DNA of 63,674 nt, counting the filler, from Polymyxa betae A26-41 (taxonomy: Eukaryota; Protista; Endomyxa: Phytomyxea), in NCBI GenBank assembly GCA_003693705.1. It is 7 parts of 7 records of this genome, joined end to end, with 100 filler letters (N's around TTAATTAATTAA, not from the genome) between each part and the next. Parts side by side here need not be neighbours in the genome. Positions count along the whole stretch, not along the records: positions 42,399 to 50,612 come from RBZT01000030.1; positions 50,713 to 54,244 come from RBZT01000035.1; positions 54,345 to 61,048 come from RBZT01000595.1; positions 61,149 to 63,674 come from RBZT01000880.1; 3 more parts are not named here. One strand, given 5' to 3'. The notes beneath the pieces are model-generated. The model did no database searches, had not been told where the DNA came from, and saw nothing but the letters and a program-made list of their open reading frames with translations. The stretch's first letter is position 1. Every line of letters begins with the position of its first letter. A program made the translations under genes and the position numbers. Shown one piece after another: positions 49,368-62,447 of the stretch.

Positions 49368-49569
49368 GTAAAATTCGTTTCCATTCGTTTTCACTGTTTC
49401 ATTTGGCTTTCCATCGTGTCAATTAAAATCAGTTTTTCTGGGCAAACTCAGTCTTTTTTCTTTTTTTTTAGATTTATTTTTACTTTTGCGTTTCTGCAAA
49501 GTACTCGTAGCCTGATAAATTTCACATGTTTCGGTCAACTCCATCTGGAAACCATTAACATCGAAAATT

Positions 49570-50460
49570 AACGGTGCGTCAGAACCACGATAAGCAGCAT
49601 GTGTAGATATGCACCAGCCGGAGTTTGTGAGGAATGCGAGCTCTTCTGCTTCAGGCTGTTTGTTCTACAGAGAATATAAAAAGCAGTAGGAACAGAAAAA
49701 CCAAAACCTACCAGAAACACGCAGAGGCTGTTGTAGTCCGTGATATCGTCCACAGAGAAATTGAATTTCGTTCGCAAAAGTCCCTTTTTTGACTGACATT
49801 TTGGATCGACATGTTGACAGCGTTTCCGTGATTGTACTCGTGATAGCAGCACACGTTTCAGTAGGTGTAGATGTAAAATTACAATTTAACAGAGTCACAG
49901 TGTTGGTCTGATCATATCCACAAATATCTCCGGAGCATCTCATATTAAATCCAGAGTGTAGAAACGGATTACCCCAACGGGACTGGAACATCTCTATGTC
50001 TTTAAAGCAGCAATATATGAGACAGTGTAATACTGGAACACAGACAGCATTCCTCCAGCCTTACATACATTTATTGCCATTGAGTTCACCGAGATGGAGT
50101 GTCCAAGTTAAGACAAGTTTCCGATACAGATTGGCTATTAATATGAGCTTGTGTAACGTGCTCTTAGACAGTGCAATCTCCGTGATTTCATGTATCACAA
50201 TATTGGTGCCATTCAGGTCCATTGTTAATGGCTCTTTAGCTCTCTGATTATAATACGATCTAGGACAGCCGGACGATTGCTGAGAGAGAACTTGCAGCTC
50301 TTTAGCATTCGGCTCTTTGTTCTGAGGAAGAATTTAGTACACGCAGCCAACTGATAAATAGGAGTTGTTCTACCAGAAACTGACATAGACTGTAGTAGTC
50401 TGTAATATCAGCAATATTATGATTTGCATATTGTTCAAATAGGGATACAGTCGTAGTCTT
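49570..50460 (-). pseudogene. Third copy (plus start of a fourth) of the Cys/His-rich domain seen at 38.9-40.4 kb
   Basis: DITDYYSLCQFLV..EPNAKEL..STLHKLILIANLYRKL..VCVPVLHCLIYCCFKDIEMFQSRWGNPFLH..RCSGDIC, then DDITDYNSLCVFLV. Confidence 0.6.
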
Positions 50461-50591
50461 CTTAAACTACTTTGTTTCACTCCTGTTATTGTTTTGTGAG
50501 ATGCTTCCTGAATGGACACAGTTAGTAAGATCTCAGATGCAATTAGTGATGGATGACATTATCTATTTCATTCTGCAGGCAATATTCCTGA

Positions 50592-50612
50592 CGACCCTGC
50601 TAGGCGTACGAC
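50592..50612 (+). mobile_element. Terminus of a MULE related to the 27163 element, cut by the contig end
   Basis: CGACCCTGCTAGGCGTACGAC resembles the TIR start CGACCCTGCTACGCATACAAC. Confidence 0.55.
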
Positions 50613-51361
50613 NNNNNNNNNNNNNNNNNNNNNNNNNNNNNNNNNNNNNNNNNNNNTTAATTAATTAANNNNNNNNNNNNNNNNNNNNNNNNNNNNNNNN
50701 NNNNNNNNNNNNTAGTCAAAATAACAAGAAAATTGGTTTCCAGTTCCATCGATCTGACGTTGAATTCGTCAGAACTGAAAAATTCAGAATGGAGAAAATT
50801 GTTCATTCGTTGAATAATTAATGAAGAGACTCTCCTTCGAATATTCATCAGGGACAGGGATTCACTTTGTCCGGGAGGTTTCCTTGATTGTTTCTGGAAA
50901 GAATTCGGAGGCAGAGCAGCCCCAAACTGGAAAATTACATAGCCGGGATGATACATCAGCTAAAAAGTCGAACACAATCAAAGGCCTGTCAACGATCGAG
51001 CAGTGGCATTCTCTGCGAAGCTGGATATGGAAATATGAGGGTTCTTCATAGTGGGTTTTTCCAGATAGTCGCGGGATAGGAACATTCTATACAGATGGAA
51101 ACCCCAAAACTTGTCTTCCAGCAGACCGGGGCCGCGTTTGTCCAGACAATATCAAGACTTTGTTTAGTTCTTATTAAGCGGATCAGCAATACGGTCGAAA
51201 ACACGGTTCAGACCGGCACCGAGTTCACGTTCGTCGACTTCAATTCAGCGCCGAGAGGCGCGCCCGAAAAACCGAGTTGCTGGTGGATCTGTCGGTCATG
51301 ATTCATGTTCACCATGGCGGAATCCAGCCTTGAACTGGCCCCCGAATCCCTGCCTGAAGTT

Positions 51362-51639
51362 TGAGCAAACGACTTCAATAGCGCGCTTCAGTGGCCGCGC
51401 CGCAGGTTGCGCCGCTCCTGTTCTCAGGTAACATTACAATAGCGCGATGAGCAAACGACTTCAATAGAGCGCTTCAGTGGCCGCGCCGCAGGTTGCGACT
51501 TTCCTGCTCTAAGGTAACATTACAATAGCGCGATGAGCAAACGACTTCAATAGAGCGCTTCAGTGGCCGCGCCGCAGGTTGCGACTTTCCTGCTCTAAGG
51601 TAACATTACAATAGCGCGATGAGCAAACGACTTCAATAG
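51362..51639. repeat. 86-bp tandem repeat, 3 full copies plus a partial copy
   Basis: TGAGCAAACGACTTCAATAG starts at 51362, 51448, 51534 and 51620. Confidence 0.95.
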
Positions 51640-52084
51640 GAGCTAAACCTCGCGAAGCGCCGAGCGCAGAACGAAGAAACGAAGAGAATGTCACAGCTTA
51701 TGTGAAACGAAATTTGGGGTTTAGTATTCAGATAAACGAAAAAGATATAATGAGATCTTAGAACAGTGAAAGGAGCTTCTGACAGAGAGAACAAAGCGAA
51801 GAGACTTCTAACAGAGAGCGCAAGGAGAAAGAGACACAAAACATGATTAGCGAAGGCAGGCAGCAGAAAGCAGACGCCGCGCTTTCCTGCTGTCGCCGCG
51901 GTCGTCTCCGACGACATCATCGTCCCAATAAACGTCCCAAGCGGCCAATCACGAGTTTGGATTACGTCTATCATGCAGCTGATCGGACTGAAAACTACGA
52001 TCACCGTTGCATTGGATGAAAACCCAAAATTCAATACAGTACAATTATAGACCAAAAACTGGCAATCCGTAACCTTATCTCAGC

Positions 52085-52621
52085 TCAGCGCAAGAAAGGT
52101 ACCCGTTTGTTCAGACAGAGTTGTTCCTTAACAACTGATTCCAAGCGCCGTCTCATAATATCCAAATCGAACAATCGTGACTTGCCGTCAGAATATGTGA
52201 TATCATTGATCAAAGAGCCAATGATATCGATATCAAGGCTCACAACATTCTGCGAACCCTCGCTGAAGAATATCTCGCCAATTTGGGTGAAAGTTGGGGC
52301 GAGATGGTCGGCTCTGCAGTGGACAGCGCTATATCTACTACTGTTGTTCAATTCGTTCGAAAGATTTTGCCCTTCAGTCTTTTCTGAGGCGATCTGATTC
52401 AATAAATCCAAATTGATTTTGTCTGCAACATGGCTGTGCAGTTTGGTCAATGATGCGGATAGTGAAGTTGATGGAAATCTGGGAACAGAGACTACGCCAA
52501 AAACCCAGAGAGATATCTCATCACATTCAATTGATCGAGTGAGAAAGGGCTGCAACATCCCTTTCAAGTTAGTACCGTTACGGATCGAGATGAGAATCAA
52601 AGAGCCCCATAAACATCTCAT
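52085..52621 (-). CDS. Hypothetical helical protein
   Basis: 178-aa ORF; weak by-eye resemblance to ORF 642-932. Confidence 0.35.
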   Translation of the reverse strand: MRCLWGSLILISIRNGTNLKGMLQPFLTRSIECDEISLWVFGVVSVPRFPSTSLSASLTKLHSHVADKINLDLLNQIASEKTEGQNLSNELNNSSRYSAVHCRADHLAPTFTQIGEIFFSEGSQNVVSLDIDIIGSLINDITYSDGKSRLFDLDIMRRRLESVVKEQLCLNKRVPFLR

Positions 52622-53351
52622 CTGACAAACATGGGCCGCGCCGCCATGTCATTGATGTCGTTGTAGAGAATCTATAGAGCAATATCCCTACAAGTAACAT
52701 TATCGGGCTTCTATGGAGATGTCGTTATAAAGAGTGTCGTTATAGAGAGGGAGGACTGTAATATGGATACCAAGCGACCATTTCTGTAGGGAAGTATTGA
52801 TCCGCTTTCAGCTTGGTAACCTTTGGGGAGGTTGTATGACAAAGGAAGCGCTTCTTTCTTTAACCCACGAAGAAACACAGCAGAGGGTCTTGGGGACAGT
52901 TTAGCATTCTGTCTCATTGCAAGTCGTTTGGATCAGCATGGTACTTGAAGGCGATTTCAATATAAGTAAGTAAATGGTCAACTTTCTTCGATTATTTAGC
53001 CAATTTGATGATATATTGGGCTTGGTGGTGAAAGAGCAGGCAGTTGACAATTAATTTGAGTAATACCAGATAGAGAAAATTGAAAGTTGATATCAAGTGG
53101 AAGTCAGTATGTAATAATGCTGTATTAAGAATGGATCAATATGAATAGTTGAAGATCATAAAGCAGATGCCAACAATTCTCCATACTTATCAGTGGCCTC
53201 GTTTCTCTCGTCTTGCAATCGTTTCAGCACGGTGAGATTGTGATCAGCTTGAGCCAGATTCTCTTTGTATTTTCGCAAATAATGGTCATGTAGATGGTAC
53301 TCGCGATTCTTCAATGCGATTTTGTACAGCAGATCGCACTCAGTTTGGTGT

Positions 53352-54244
53352 TCAGACCGGCGAAGTCGCTAAATTACGATCAGATCCACGAAGACCCATT
53401 TCACAATAGAATACCTGATCGGGATGCGATTGTAAGAAATCTTTAGGAGAGAATTTCACATTAGTTTTGATAGGGCCACTCTCTGCATGACAAGAGCCGT
53501 CGTTCGCCATAACATAAGATATCGGCAGGAAGGTATAGACAGTAGGTTGTTCGCTGAGGGCCTCTTTGTTGGATGCGCCAGATTTAAACTTGTTTAGCTC
53601 CATCTGATCAACAATGATCTTTCCTGCCAGCTCGGCCATTCGGGAGATCGTGTCCTGAATCGCAGACTGCATCTTTGAGGACAGCTCCTGATTGTATCGC
53701 ATCCTGTTCGATGACCAAGGGGCATTCAGCGTGTTCTCGATCGAAGTGAATTCGTTAACAAAACGGTTTGGCGAACTCAGTTGGAGCTCGGGCTCACAAA
53801 CAGCCAAGAGCAGATCGCTGTAGAATTCGAAGCGTCCTTCAATGGCAGAGCAGCAGATGATGCGATAATTTAGAGGCATTGTAGCGAACAATTCAGGAGC
53901 GAGAGATAACAGATGCTGCTTGAGATCGTCAACTCGATGATAATCGGGCCCATCTTGATCACAATGCGTGATCATGAAGCGAACACGAGCAAAGGCGTCC
54001 TCTCCATAGGACCAGCGTAATTGCTGAAGATTGTTACGGAGCTTGGTATAGGATCGCGGGCGTTTGCAGCTGATCGCGTAATAGATTCGCAGGAGATTTG
54101 AGCTCCCTGCTAGTTCTATAGCTCGATCGATCTGTTTCAGAGAATCCTCTCTGCATTGCTCTTCTAATTCTCCAAACCCAGGTGTATCGATCATATTGAG
54201 TTCGCAGCCTGGCTGTATTTCACCCTGGTGCAGATTGGAGGTGT
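53352..54244 (-). CDS. AIG1/septin-like P-loop GTPase fragment with coiled-coil C-terminus; N-terminus lost in the gap
   Basis: G3 motif MIDTPGF; G4-like FMITHCD; helical tail. The reading appears to continue after a frameshift to about 53157. Confidence 0.65.
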
Positions 54245-54344
54245 NNNNNNNNNNNNNNNNNNNNNNNNNNNNNNNNNNNNNNNNNNNNTTAATTAATTAA
54301 NNNNNNNNNNNNNNNNNNNNNNNNNNNNNNNNNNNNNNNNNNNN

Positions 54345-55471
54345 GTATTTTCTATAATCCACAGACTTTAGCCATAAGTTCTGTTGAGATTGATACTCGA
54401 ATAATCTCTGACACAGTAGAAAGTTTGCAGTTGAGTCTTCAACATATGCACAAGGAAGTGCAAGCTATGACCGAAAATGAGAGACAGTCACACCGGGACT
54501 GTAAATCGAAACATAGCACACTCCCAAATTTTGTTATTAGTGATTATGTCTTGGTAGCTATACCAGAAAAGAAAACTAATACTAGTAAACTTGACTTTCT
54601 TTGGCATGGTCCATACAGAGTTATCGATACTCATAAATCATATGTTTTTACAGTTGAGAATATTCTCACAAAAGAGACACAAGAAGTCCATGGTGACCGC
54701 ATTCAATTTTATTGTGACAGTAAATTGAATGTGACAGAAGAAATCTTAAATCAGATTGCTTATGATACAAAGCACGACAACTTGAACGAGTTTGTTATGC
54801 CAGATTGAATTCCAGTAGTACTGACATTGAGTACTTAGTAAAATGGAAAGGCTTCACAGACTTGGAGAATTCTTGGTGCCCCGAATCCGACATCCTTCGT
54901 AACTATCCTGGTGCAATTGATAATTTCATATCCAATTCTCCAAACCATCCATTTATGCCGATTATTCGTGCATCATTGCCAAAATCAGCTATGAACTGTT
55001 TAGTAAGTAGACCTTTTTTTCCAAACCTTGGTTTCATCCCACAGGGTTTTACAAGGGGCGGTTTCACTGGTGCTTCTATCACGTGCTGACACAAATTTCT
55101 CACTTCCTCATTCTAAATTTGTTTTGGGGGAGGTAGTGTATGGGATGGGTTGCGCCATCAATGACTGGTAGAGAACGTGATCTGAACGATTGGTGGAGAA
55201 CATCCTGGCAACGACACTTTCCTCGTAGAAGAATATGATAATAAAAGATCAGAAAGAATTTTATCTATCCATTGGGTGAAGAACCACACACGTACGTAGA
55301 TGCCTATAGAATATGCGTGCATCCACGGAGATGCGCACCGGGCTTCTCTCCAAAACAATCAGATTTTGCCAGTTTTTTCAAGTTAACTCTACTACATCTG
55401 TTTATTGCATTACTTATTTAGATTTTTTACGTTTGCTCTGCTGCCTCTCAGCAACCGAAATATCGCTTACA
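54345..55471 (+). mobile_element. Gypsy chromovirus 3' end: integrase C-terminus, chromodomain, PPT and 3' LTR
   Basis: KLDFLWHGPYRV (GPY/F); EYLVKWKGFTDLENSWCPESDI; PPT GGGGGAGGTAG, then TGTA (55137)...TACA (55471). Confidence 0.88.
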
Positions 55472-56459
55472 TCCAGTTCTAAGAGCCATTGATGGGATTA
55501 GCCCGGGCTTTCAGCAGATAGTAAAGTACAGGCCAAACGCAATCGCGAACCCAATTGGATCAAAGCACCATACAAAATTCGCAGACGACGTTTTAGCTTA
55601 TAAATAGGTCTAAACTTGTTAGAATATTATGCCTGGGTCTCCATAAAAAATCCGTCGTTCCGCCATAATTTCGGCGTCTTTCTACCAGTAGCCCGATCGA
55701 AGAACGAAGTCGACGTTCAGCGTCCGTGGTTTCACCTTGCATATTGTATAGCATGTCACGGTTTTAATATAACGACTTTGAACTGATTCTATTCGTCATA
55801 GGGCTGTGGTCCCTGTGAGCCCGGTCGTCACATCGAGCGAGATTCGTGCCTCGATTGATACAGAGTAGCGTATTCCGACTCAGCAACCACGACATCGGAA
55901 ACACAATTGTCCACCGAGACCAGGACCATACGATAGCATTTCCCAAACCTTTAGATTTGTTCATAGACTGTAGAAATTCGCGCTAGCAGAAGCAATGCTA
56001 GAGACGACTGAATCCCACATTATCTGGATTGCTCGAATTTGACGCCACGACGAAATTAACTGTGTGGTCAATCCGATGCCATAGCAGCTCACTACATCAA
56101 ATTTGAAGGTCTCTACTATCACAAATCTTAACCTGCTTACGAAACTTGCATATGTCCAAAACTCCAATTCATTACAATCCGGGATTCATCCACGAGCACG
56201 TGCATTGATAGGAGCGGCTCACAAAATAGAGAACTAGGAGAAATGCGGTTTGTATTAAAATCATTAGCCAGTGCATTGATGATCTCGGAAGCGCTTTGAT
56301 ATTTAGGCAAACTGGCCGACAACGGCTGCTGGTCGTGGTCCAGGCAGAACGGTAGAGGGGGCACCTCATTATTGATGGAATGCGCTCTTGTCGACCCTAC
56401 TTGAATTGCACATTCGACCCCGACAGCAGCTGCCCCAAGCGTTGGGGTTTGGCGACAGC

Positions 56460-57620
56460 TGCTTCGATGCTGCCTTGAATAGCCGATTCGATGCTGTACC
56501 CAGATGGAAGACGACCCCATAGACACCCTTATAGATGGGTGTCAGCCCAACATCAGCCAATCTTCCATTGCGACCAAAAGGGCAAACAAATCGGCACGGG
56601 CATGCATAATCAAGTACCTTTATGTTTATTCAGCAAAAACTTGGAACAGAAATCTGCACCGAATAGGTAGTCGGAACAAAACTGCGAAGAAATTTGAAAA
56701 AAAATCCGTAAAAACAGCGCCACTGCCAAATTCGTTGATTGATCTCGATTGTGGTCGTGGGAATCAGCTGGACAGAATCGCCATCGAACGCCCAGACCAG
56801 ATCATTCTAACAGCCGCTTGCGCTCGTAGCTGTTGACCTGTTTGCGTCACTCGCTTCGATCTGGCTGTTGCTGGTGAGCCCGGCGTGTAGCTGGCGCCTT
56901 CTATACGACTAACGAGACGAGCTTGGTTGTAAGCCTGCCATACTAATTGACTTCAAACCTGACTACCTATTTTAAATACTGCCTGCTATGTGGAGCTCAA
57001 ACCATGAATATAAAGGGCTTAAAACCATGGCCTGGATCCTGCTCTTCATCGGCTCTGCTGTTCTTGTTTTCTTGATGGTTGTGATGGTCATAATTTCCTT
57101 ACGTCCCGGGGCACGATTCGAAACCTACCTAATATTGAACAATCTCTATCTGCTGGTGTATGGATGCGGCTGTATTCGCTACTTCGTACAGGCCCGCCGC
57201 GCTTGGACGCTTAAATCGCCGGAATACGCCCAGAAAGCCCGGAATGCTGCCTACGTTATCGGCTATATAACGTTAGGAACTCACTTTTGCTTGTGGCATC
57301 CTGCTGCAACTTACGCTGAAGAGGCGAGGTCGGATTTCCTGCAAAACCTGTACGACCTTGAGTTTTCGTTCAACCGCCAGGACCACGATGAGCTTTCGCT
57401 CAACAGCCAGGACGAGATCATGGATCAGATTCAGGTCATTATGATGCAAGAGGCGACTGTCGCATCCGCGATAAATTCCAGTTTGACATGTGACAGGCTG
57501 TATCCCGTACTGGTTCCAATTGAAGCCAACCATCCATGTCTGCCCTCTAATGCCGCAGTATAGATCAGCCCTGCATGCTCTATCATGCCGTCTATCTAAT
57601 CTGAGCAATGTTTCCCTTAA
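56460..57620 (+). pseudogene. Multi-pass membrane protein paralog 1 (degenerate upstream exons)
   Basis: ORF 56988-57563 with several TM segments; nucleotide and peptide similarity to 59140-60180 (QLDRIAIERPDQIILTAA; YFVQARRAWTL.SPEYA). Confidence 0.55.
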
Positions 57621-59139
57621 CAATTATTTACATTTAATATTTCAACAAGCGTGATATATCGTGTGAAGCATCTAACTGCGATTTTGTACATGACGAGCAT
57701 GTTTGCATTGAGGATTTGGCTTCAAGCGTAGCGTTGACTTCAGATTGGACGGATCAACATTACCATCGACCAATATACCCAGATATGTGGACCGATGGCA
57801 GGCTCCCCCAATGCAGCTTCTCAAATGAGGTGGAAGCTGGTGCAGCCGCCATTATCCAGACATCGGAACAGGATAGTCACGGCACAATCTTCGACTTACA
57901 GATTCATACAACACTGAGACTAATTTCAAGAAAGAACATCTCCGACCGTACTTAAACAGCAATGTTGAACAGAGCGAATTCAACACATATTCTGACCGAA
58001 TCCCACTGAAACACGGTTTTATCTCCGTTTGAAGCGGGAACAAATCCGAGAATTATTCGAATACAACACGATCAAGCATTAAGAAATACTGTTGGATTGG
58101 ATTTACTAGTTTGTTGATTTTGTCAACGGGCGGCGCGGTGAACCTCGCGCAAAGCAGGTAGTACTGAGGCATCGCCTCAATATCTACAGTACCAGGGGAC
58201 TCTTACTTCCAGTTTCAGAGCCGTTAACTAATTCACCCAATATAAATAAATACGGTTCGTACGGCCAATACATGAGCAAGAGCACACCTAAAGCGACTTT
58301 AAAGGAGAAGAGGGCTGTAAGTGGGGTCACTGAATCTATACAGCATCAACTGATCACATGCAAAATGTTCAAAAAACGCCTCAACAAATTCCCGTACCAA
58401 TCCACATCACAGATTTTAAACACAGCGCTATCTACAAGAACAAATCATGGCCGATTTCCTAACGGAAGCGCACAAGCATGGATGTTATATATAACAAGAA
58501 GATAGTAAGCTGGAATAGCGAGTAGGAGAGTCCTGAGAGGGATATAATACAGGGTTCGAGTCCCTGATGGGTTGGGCGGGTGCCTATTCTACCTTGTCGA
58601 GATTTCTAGGTCCTACTGAGAGGGCCGAGGAAGAGAATAGTATTATGGATGGATGAAATACTGCTAGCTCCTAAATATTGATAGAAGTTTCTGAGGAACT
58701 AACAGCTGAGCAATCGGCATACTTTGGGACTTGTGCTATGGAGACAGCAGCGCCCGTTGTTAACAGCAAACTCGTCGAATCCAATCTAATCCTAACCAGC
58801 CTTCCATCAACACCTAACCTGTCAATGATAAAGCCAAACATCAGCTACGGCCTCAAGGTATTGAAAATATGATTAATGTCAGCCTACAAAGAGAGAACAT
58901 CACGACCTATTGTCAAAGTTCGCTTTTTCTTGAAAAATTGAAGACAGAAAATGCAAAAAAATAACAGGAGTGAAAATTAGGTGATTCAATATAAATTTGG
59001 GTACAATCAAAAACAACGTGTTGAGAAATACTCCCGATTATAGCCAAGACATTCGCAAGAATTACGACTCCCCATGAAATGGAAACAGGCGATGGGGTCT
59101 GGCGAGGTCTGCTCGACGCTGACTTCACTTGAAGAATCG

Positions 59140-60180
59140 ATTCGATGCTGCTGCGAACAGGAAATCGAGCCAACTTTCGACACCCATATAAGTGGAAGAC
59201 AGTCCAACACCATCCTTGCGACCAGAACTGGGACAAAAATCTGCCCCAACAGTCGGAACAAAACTGCGCAGAAGTTTTGCAAAAAATATAAAATCCGGAA
59301 AAAAATCTGCTCCAGAGCAGCCCAGTTCTTTGATAAATCTTGAATGTGGTCTCAAGAAACAGCTGGACAGAATTGCCATCGAACGCCCAGACCAGATCAT
59401 TCTTACAGCCGCTTACGCTCGATCAACTGCTTGTGCAACTCGCTTGGACCTGGCTGTAGCTGGTGTGTCCGGCCTGTAGCTGGCGGCGCCTCCTATACGA
59501 CTCACGAGACGAGCTTAGTTGTAAGCTTGCCATACTAATTGACTTTCAAACCGGAATACCTGTTCCAAATACTGCCTGTTATGTCGAGGTCGATATATGG
59601 GCCGATCGGGTTCAGAATCATGGCCTGCATCTTGCTCATCATCGGCTCTGCTATTCTTGTTTTCCTGACGATCACGGTCAGAAAAACCTTACCCTGGGCA
59701 CGATTCGATCCCTACCAAATATCCGCCATTCTCTATGCGCTGGTGTTCGCATGCGATTGTATTTACTACTTCGTACAGGCCCGCCGCGCTTGGACGCTTA
59801 GGTCGCCGGAATACGCCATGAAAGCCAAGAATACTGCCTACTTTATATGCTTTTTAACGATAGGAACTTACTTTTTCTTGTGATATCCTGCTGTAAAATA
59901 CGCTAAAAAGGCGAGGCGTGATTTCCTGTTACCGTCTCCTAGACAAGATTGGCAGAACCTGCTGAACCGTCGGTTTCATAACAACAGCGACAACGTGATC
60001 ATGGATCAGAATCTAGTCATTATGATGCAAGCGGCGACTGCCGCATTCCCCATAAGCACAGGTCCATAATCCAATGCCAACTACCCGGGTCTGCCATCTT
60101 CGACCACAGAGACCAGCTCTGCGGCATAGTTTATCTAATGCTCTTATACGGTCTAGTCTGAGCAATGTTTCCCCTAACGA
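59140..60180 (+). pseudogene. Multi-pass membrane protein paralog 2, premature stop at 59881
   Basis: Homologous to 56460-57620; TGG in copy 1 corresponds to TGA here. Confidence 0.6.
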
Positions 60181-61148
60181 ATTTAATACACTTTTGCTTC
60201 AGGCAACGCCGTAGTTGATAGGTTGCCTGGAGATCTCTTTTGTAATATATCGTGTTGTTAGCAGGTCTGTGTGACATTCTCTTCCCGGCATCATTTGCAA
60301 GCCATTGCGAAAGTGCGTGGTTGTCGTTAGGAGGTCGTGTTGGTGGGAGTCGTCTTGTGAGAGCGGCTGAGAGCAGGCACAGATCCACAGGCACGCCGGG
60401 CCTAGCCCGATGGGCGCTGGCCAACTAAGGTCAGTAGAGTACGTCCCTCTCCTCCATTACCCTGCCGGCGTCGGTCGAGCGGGTGTTGAGGGCCCTCGCA
60501 ATGACACCGACGGTTCCGAAGTCTCGGGCTATGCCCAGACTAGGAAGGACGTACCGGAGGTGGTTAGGACAGGGTGGCTTCAGAGCCTACCCTGGTCCCG
60601 TTCCTCTAGCTTACCGGACTGTTACGACATCCCAAGCTATGAACTCGATTTATTATGGGGCACCCCCACACGATTTATTGCATCACTTCGATGTTCGCTT
60701 TACCTTAATACGAAATACTCAATGCAAATATCCATACGAAATTATATAACACTCAAAATGATTACAATCCAACACAACTTTACAATACCAATGAACATAT
60801 GCACTACTACCACACCACCCCATAATCATTACACATCATACTTTCAAGCAGTTTATAGAAGAATATATACGGAGCAGTATATTAAACCCAACAATAACAA
60901 CACAAAGCAAATTGGACGGCGCCGATATAGAAACTTGGGTCAACAGTACCCCTGGACACGTGATAATACAAGCTCAACACAATTCGCAAATTTGGTTTCG
61001 CAGCAACCCTCGACACGTTGCGACAGTAACACTGTTCAACCCATAAATNNNNNNNNNNNNNNNNNNNNNNNNNNNNNNNNNNNNNNNNNNNNTTAATTAA
61101 TTAANNNNNNNNNNNNNNNNNNNNNNNNNNNNNNNNNNNNNNNNNNNN

Positions 61149-62224
61149 GAAGCCTTTTTCTGTTTTTTATTCTTCTTAGGCTTCGGGCACAAAAACTGCG
61201 GATGCCCTTTCTCTTGACAGTTAAAGCAGGTCAAGTCCTTGCCATTCTCGGGATCAATTTCTCTGGACCGCTTTCTACAGGATGATTGAGCCTCCTTCTT
61301 ATCCCCGTCGCCATTCTTGCTTGAGGAAGACTTCTGGTCCTTGCCGGGGGAGTTCGCCGCCCGACGTCCCTGGGACTTCGCCTTGCGTTCCTCAAAGCGT
61401 TTGTTGACATGCTCCTCACACACCTTCACACGATCATGCATGACTGCATTCTTGCGCAGGACCATATTGAATTTGGGCAGACTCATGCCAATGAGGGGGT
61501 CGGCTTGCATCTCTGTACGGACCATCTCTTGAAGACCATACGGCCGAACAGCTTTTAACAAATAATTGATAAGCATCTTGCGTCCGTCGTCATCCTCCCG
61601 TGACCGTTGCAAGCGGTGTCGTTGGATGATGTTTTTAAACTCCTGCATGAATTTCTCCACACCGTTCAACGGTACTCCAGGAGTTGGCACCATTTTGAGC
61701 TTAGCCATCGCAGCTTGAATCAAGTACACATGATCCGCCTCTTGCCGCAATTCTGTGTGAATCCATCTCTGAAGCACATCGTCAGTGAGTAAGGAAACCT
61801 CATACTCCTCCCCGGGAAATCCAAAATAAGCGATATACATCAGCTTTTCTGGAGCGATCAAGGACCTCCACGTCACATACTCGACCAACTGTGAGCGACG
61901 TTCCCGAAAGTCCTTAGCTTCATACCATACTGACAATTCTGCTCTAGAGTTGCCAGCATAACGAGAGGGAGCATCAGCCTGGACCACAACTGCGGGCATG
62001 GCTTCAAAACGCCTACCTGGGCGCCTGTTGTTGCTAAACTCCGCACCAACAGCATTATCGGAGTCTCGTGACTTCCGATGGGGTCCATCTTCTGGCACTT
62101 CCTCACGATCTTGGCGAACATTCTCATCGCTCGGAACATGAAGAACAGGCTCGGGAGTTTGTACTGGCTCAATGCGCATATTCTCCACACCGATCGCGAC
62201 ATCCGAGAGTGAAATCTCATCCAC
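61149..62224 (-). mobile_element. LTR retrotransposon Gag with CCHC zinc knuckle
   Basis: Open ORF of about 360 aa with CFNCQEKGHPQFLC and a basic tail. Confidence 0.85.
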
Positions 62225-62447
62225 AGACTGCTTGTCGNNNNNNNNAACAGCTGTAAAGAATTCTTTATGAGATCTCGATGTTAAGATTGCAATGATGAAA
62301 GCAGAATGAATATATTAGATTACAAGCCCTTAAATACTGCCAGAGTCGGAGGATAGTTCGGACCTCGGAGAGTTTCCGGTTCATCGGAGCATCTATATAG
62401 TCAGCTTTCCGATTCATCGGAGCTCAGTCAATATAGAGCGCTTAATA

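Noticed and set aside
51362-51639. 86-bp repeats as a possible CRISPR-like array
   Set aside because: Units are contiguous and near-identical with no unique spacers; a plain tandem repeat.
51689-51916. Possible LTR (TGTC...GACA)
   Set aside because: No PBS or TSD, and orientation is ambiguous.
58505-58570. tRNA-like T-arm CAGGGTTCGAGTCCCTG
   Set aside because: No D arm, anticodon arm or acceptor stem could be folded; at most an isolated B-box.
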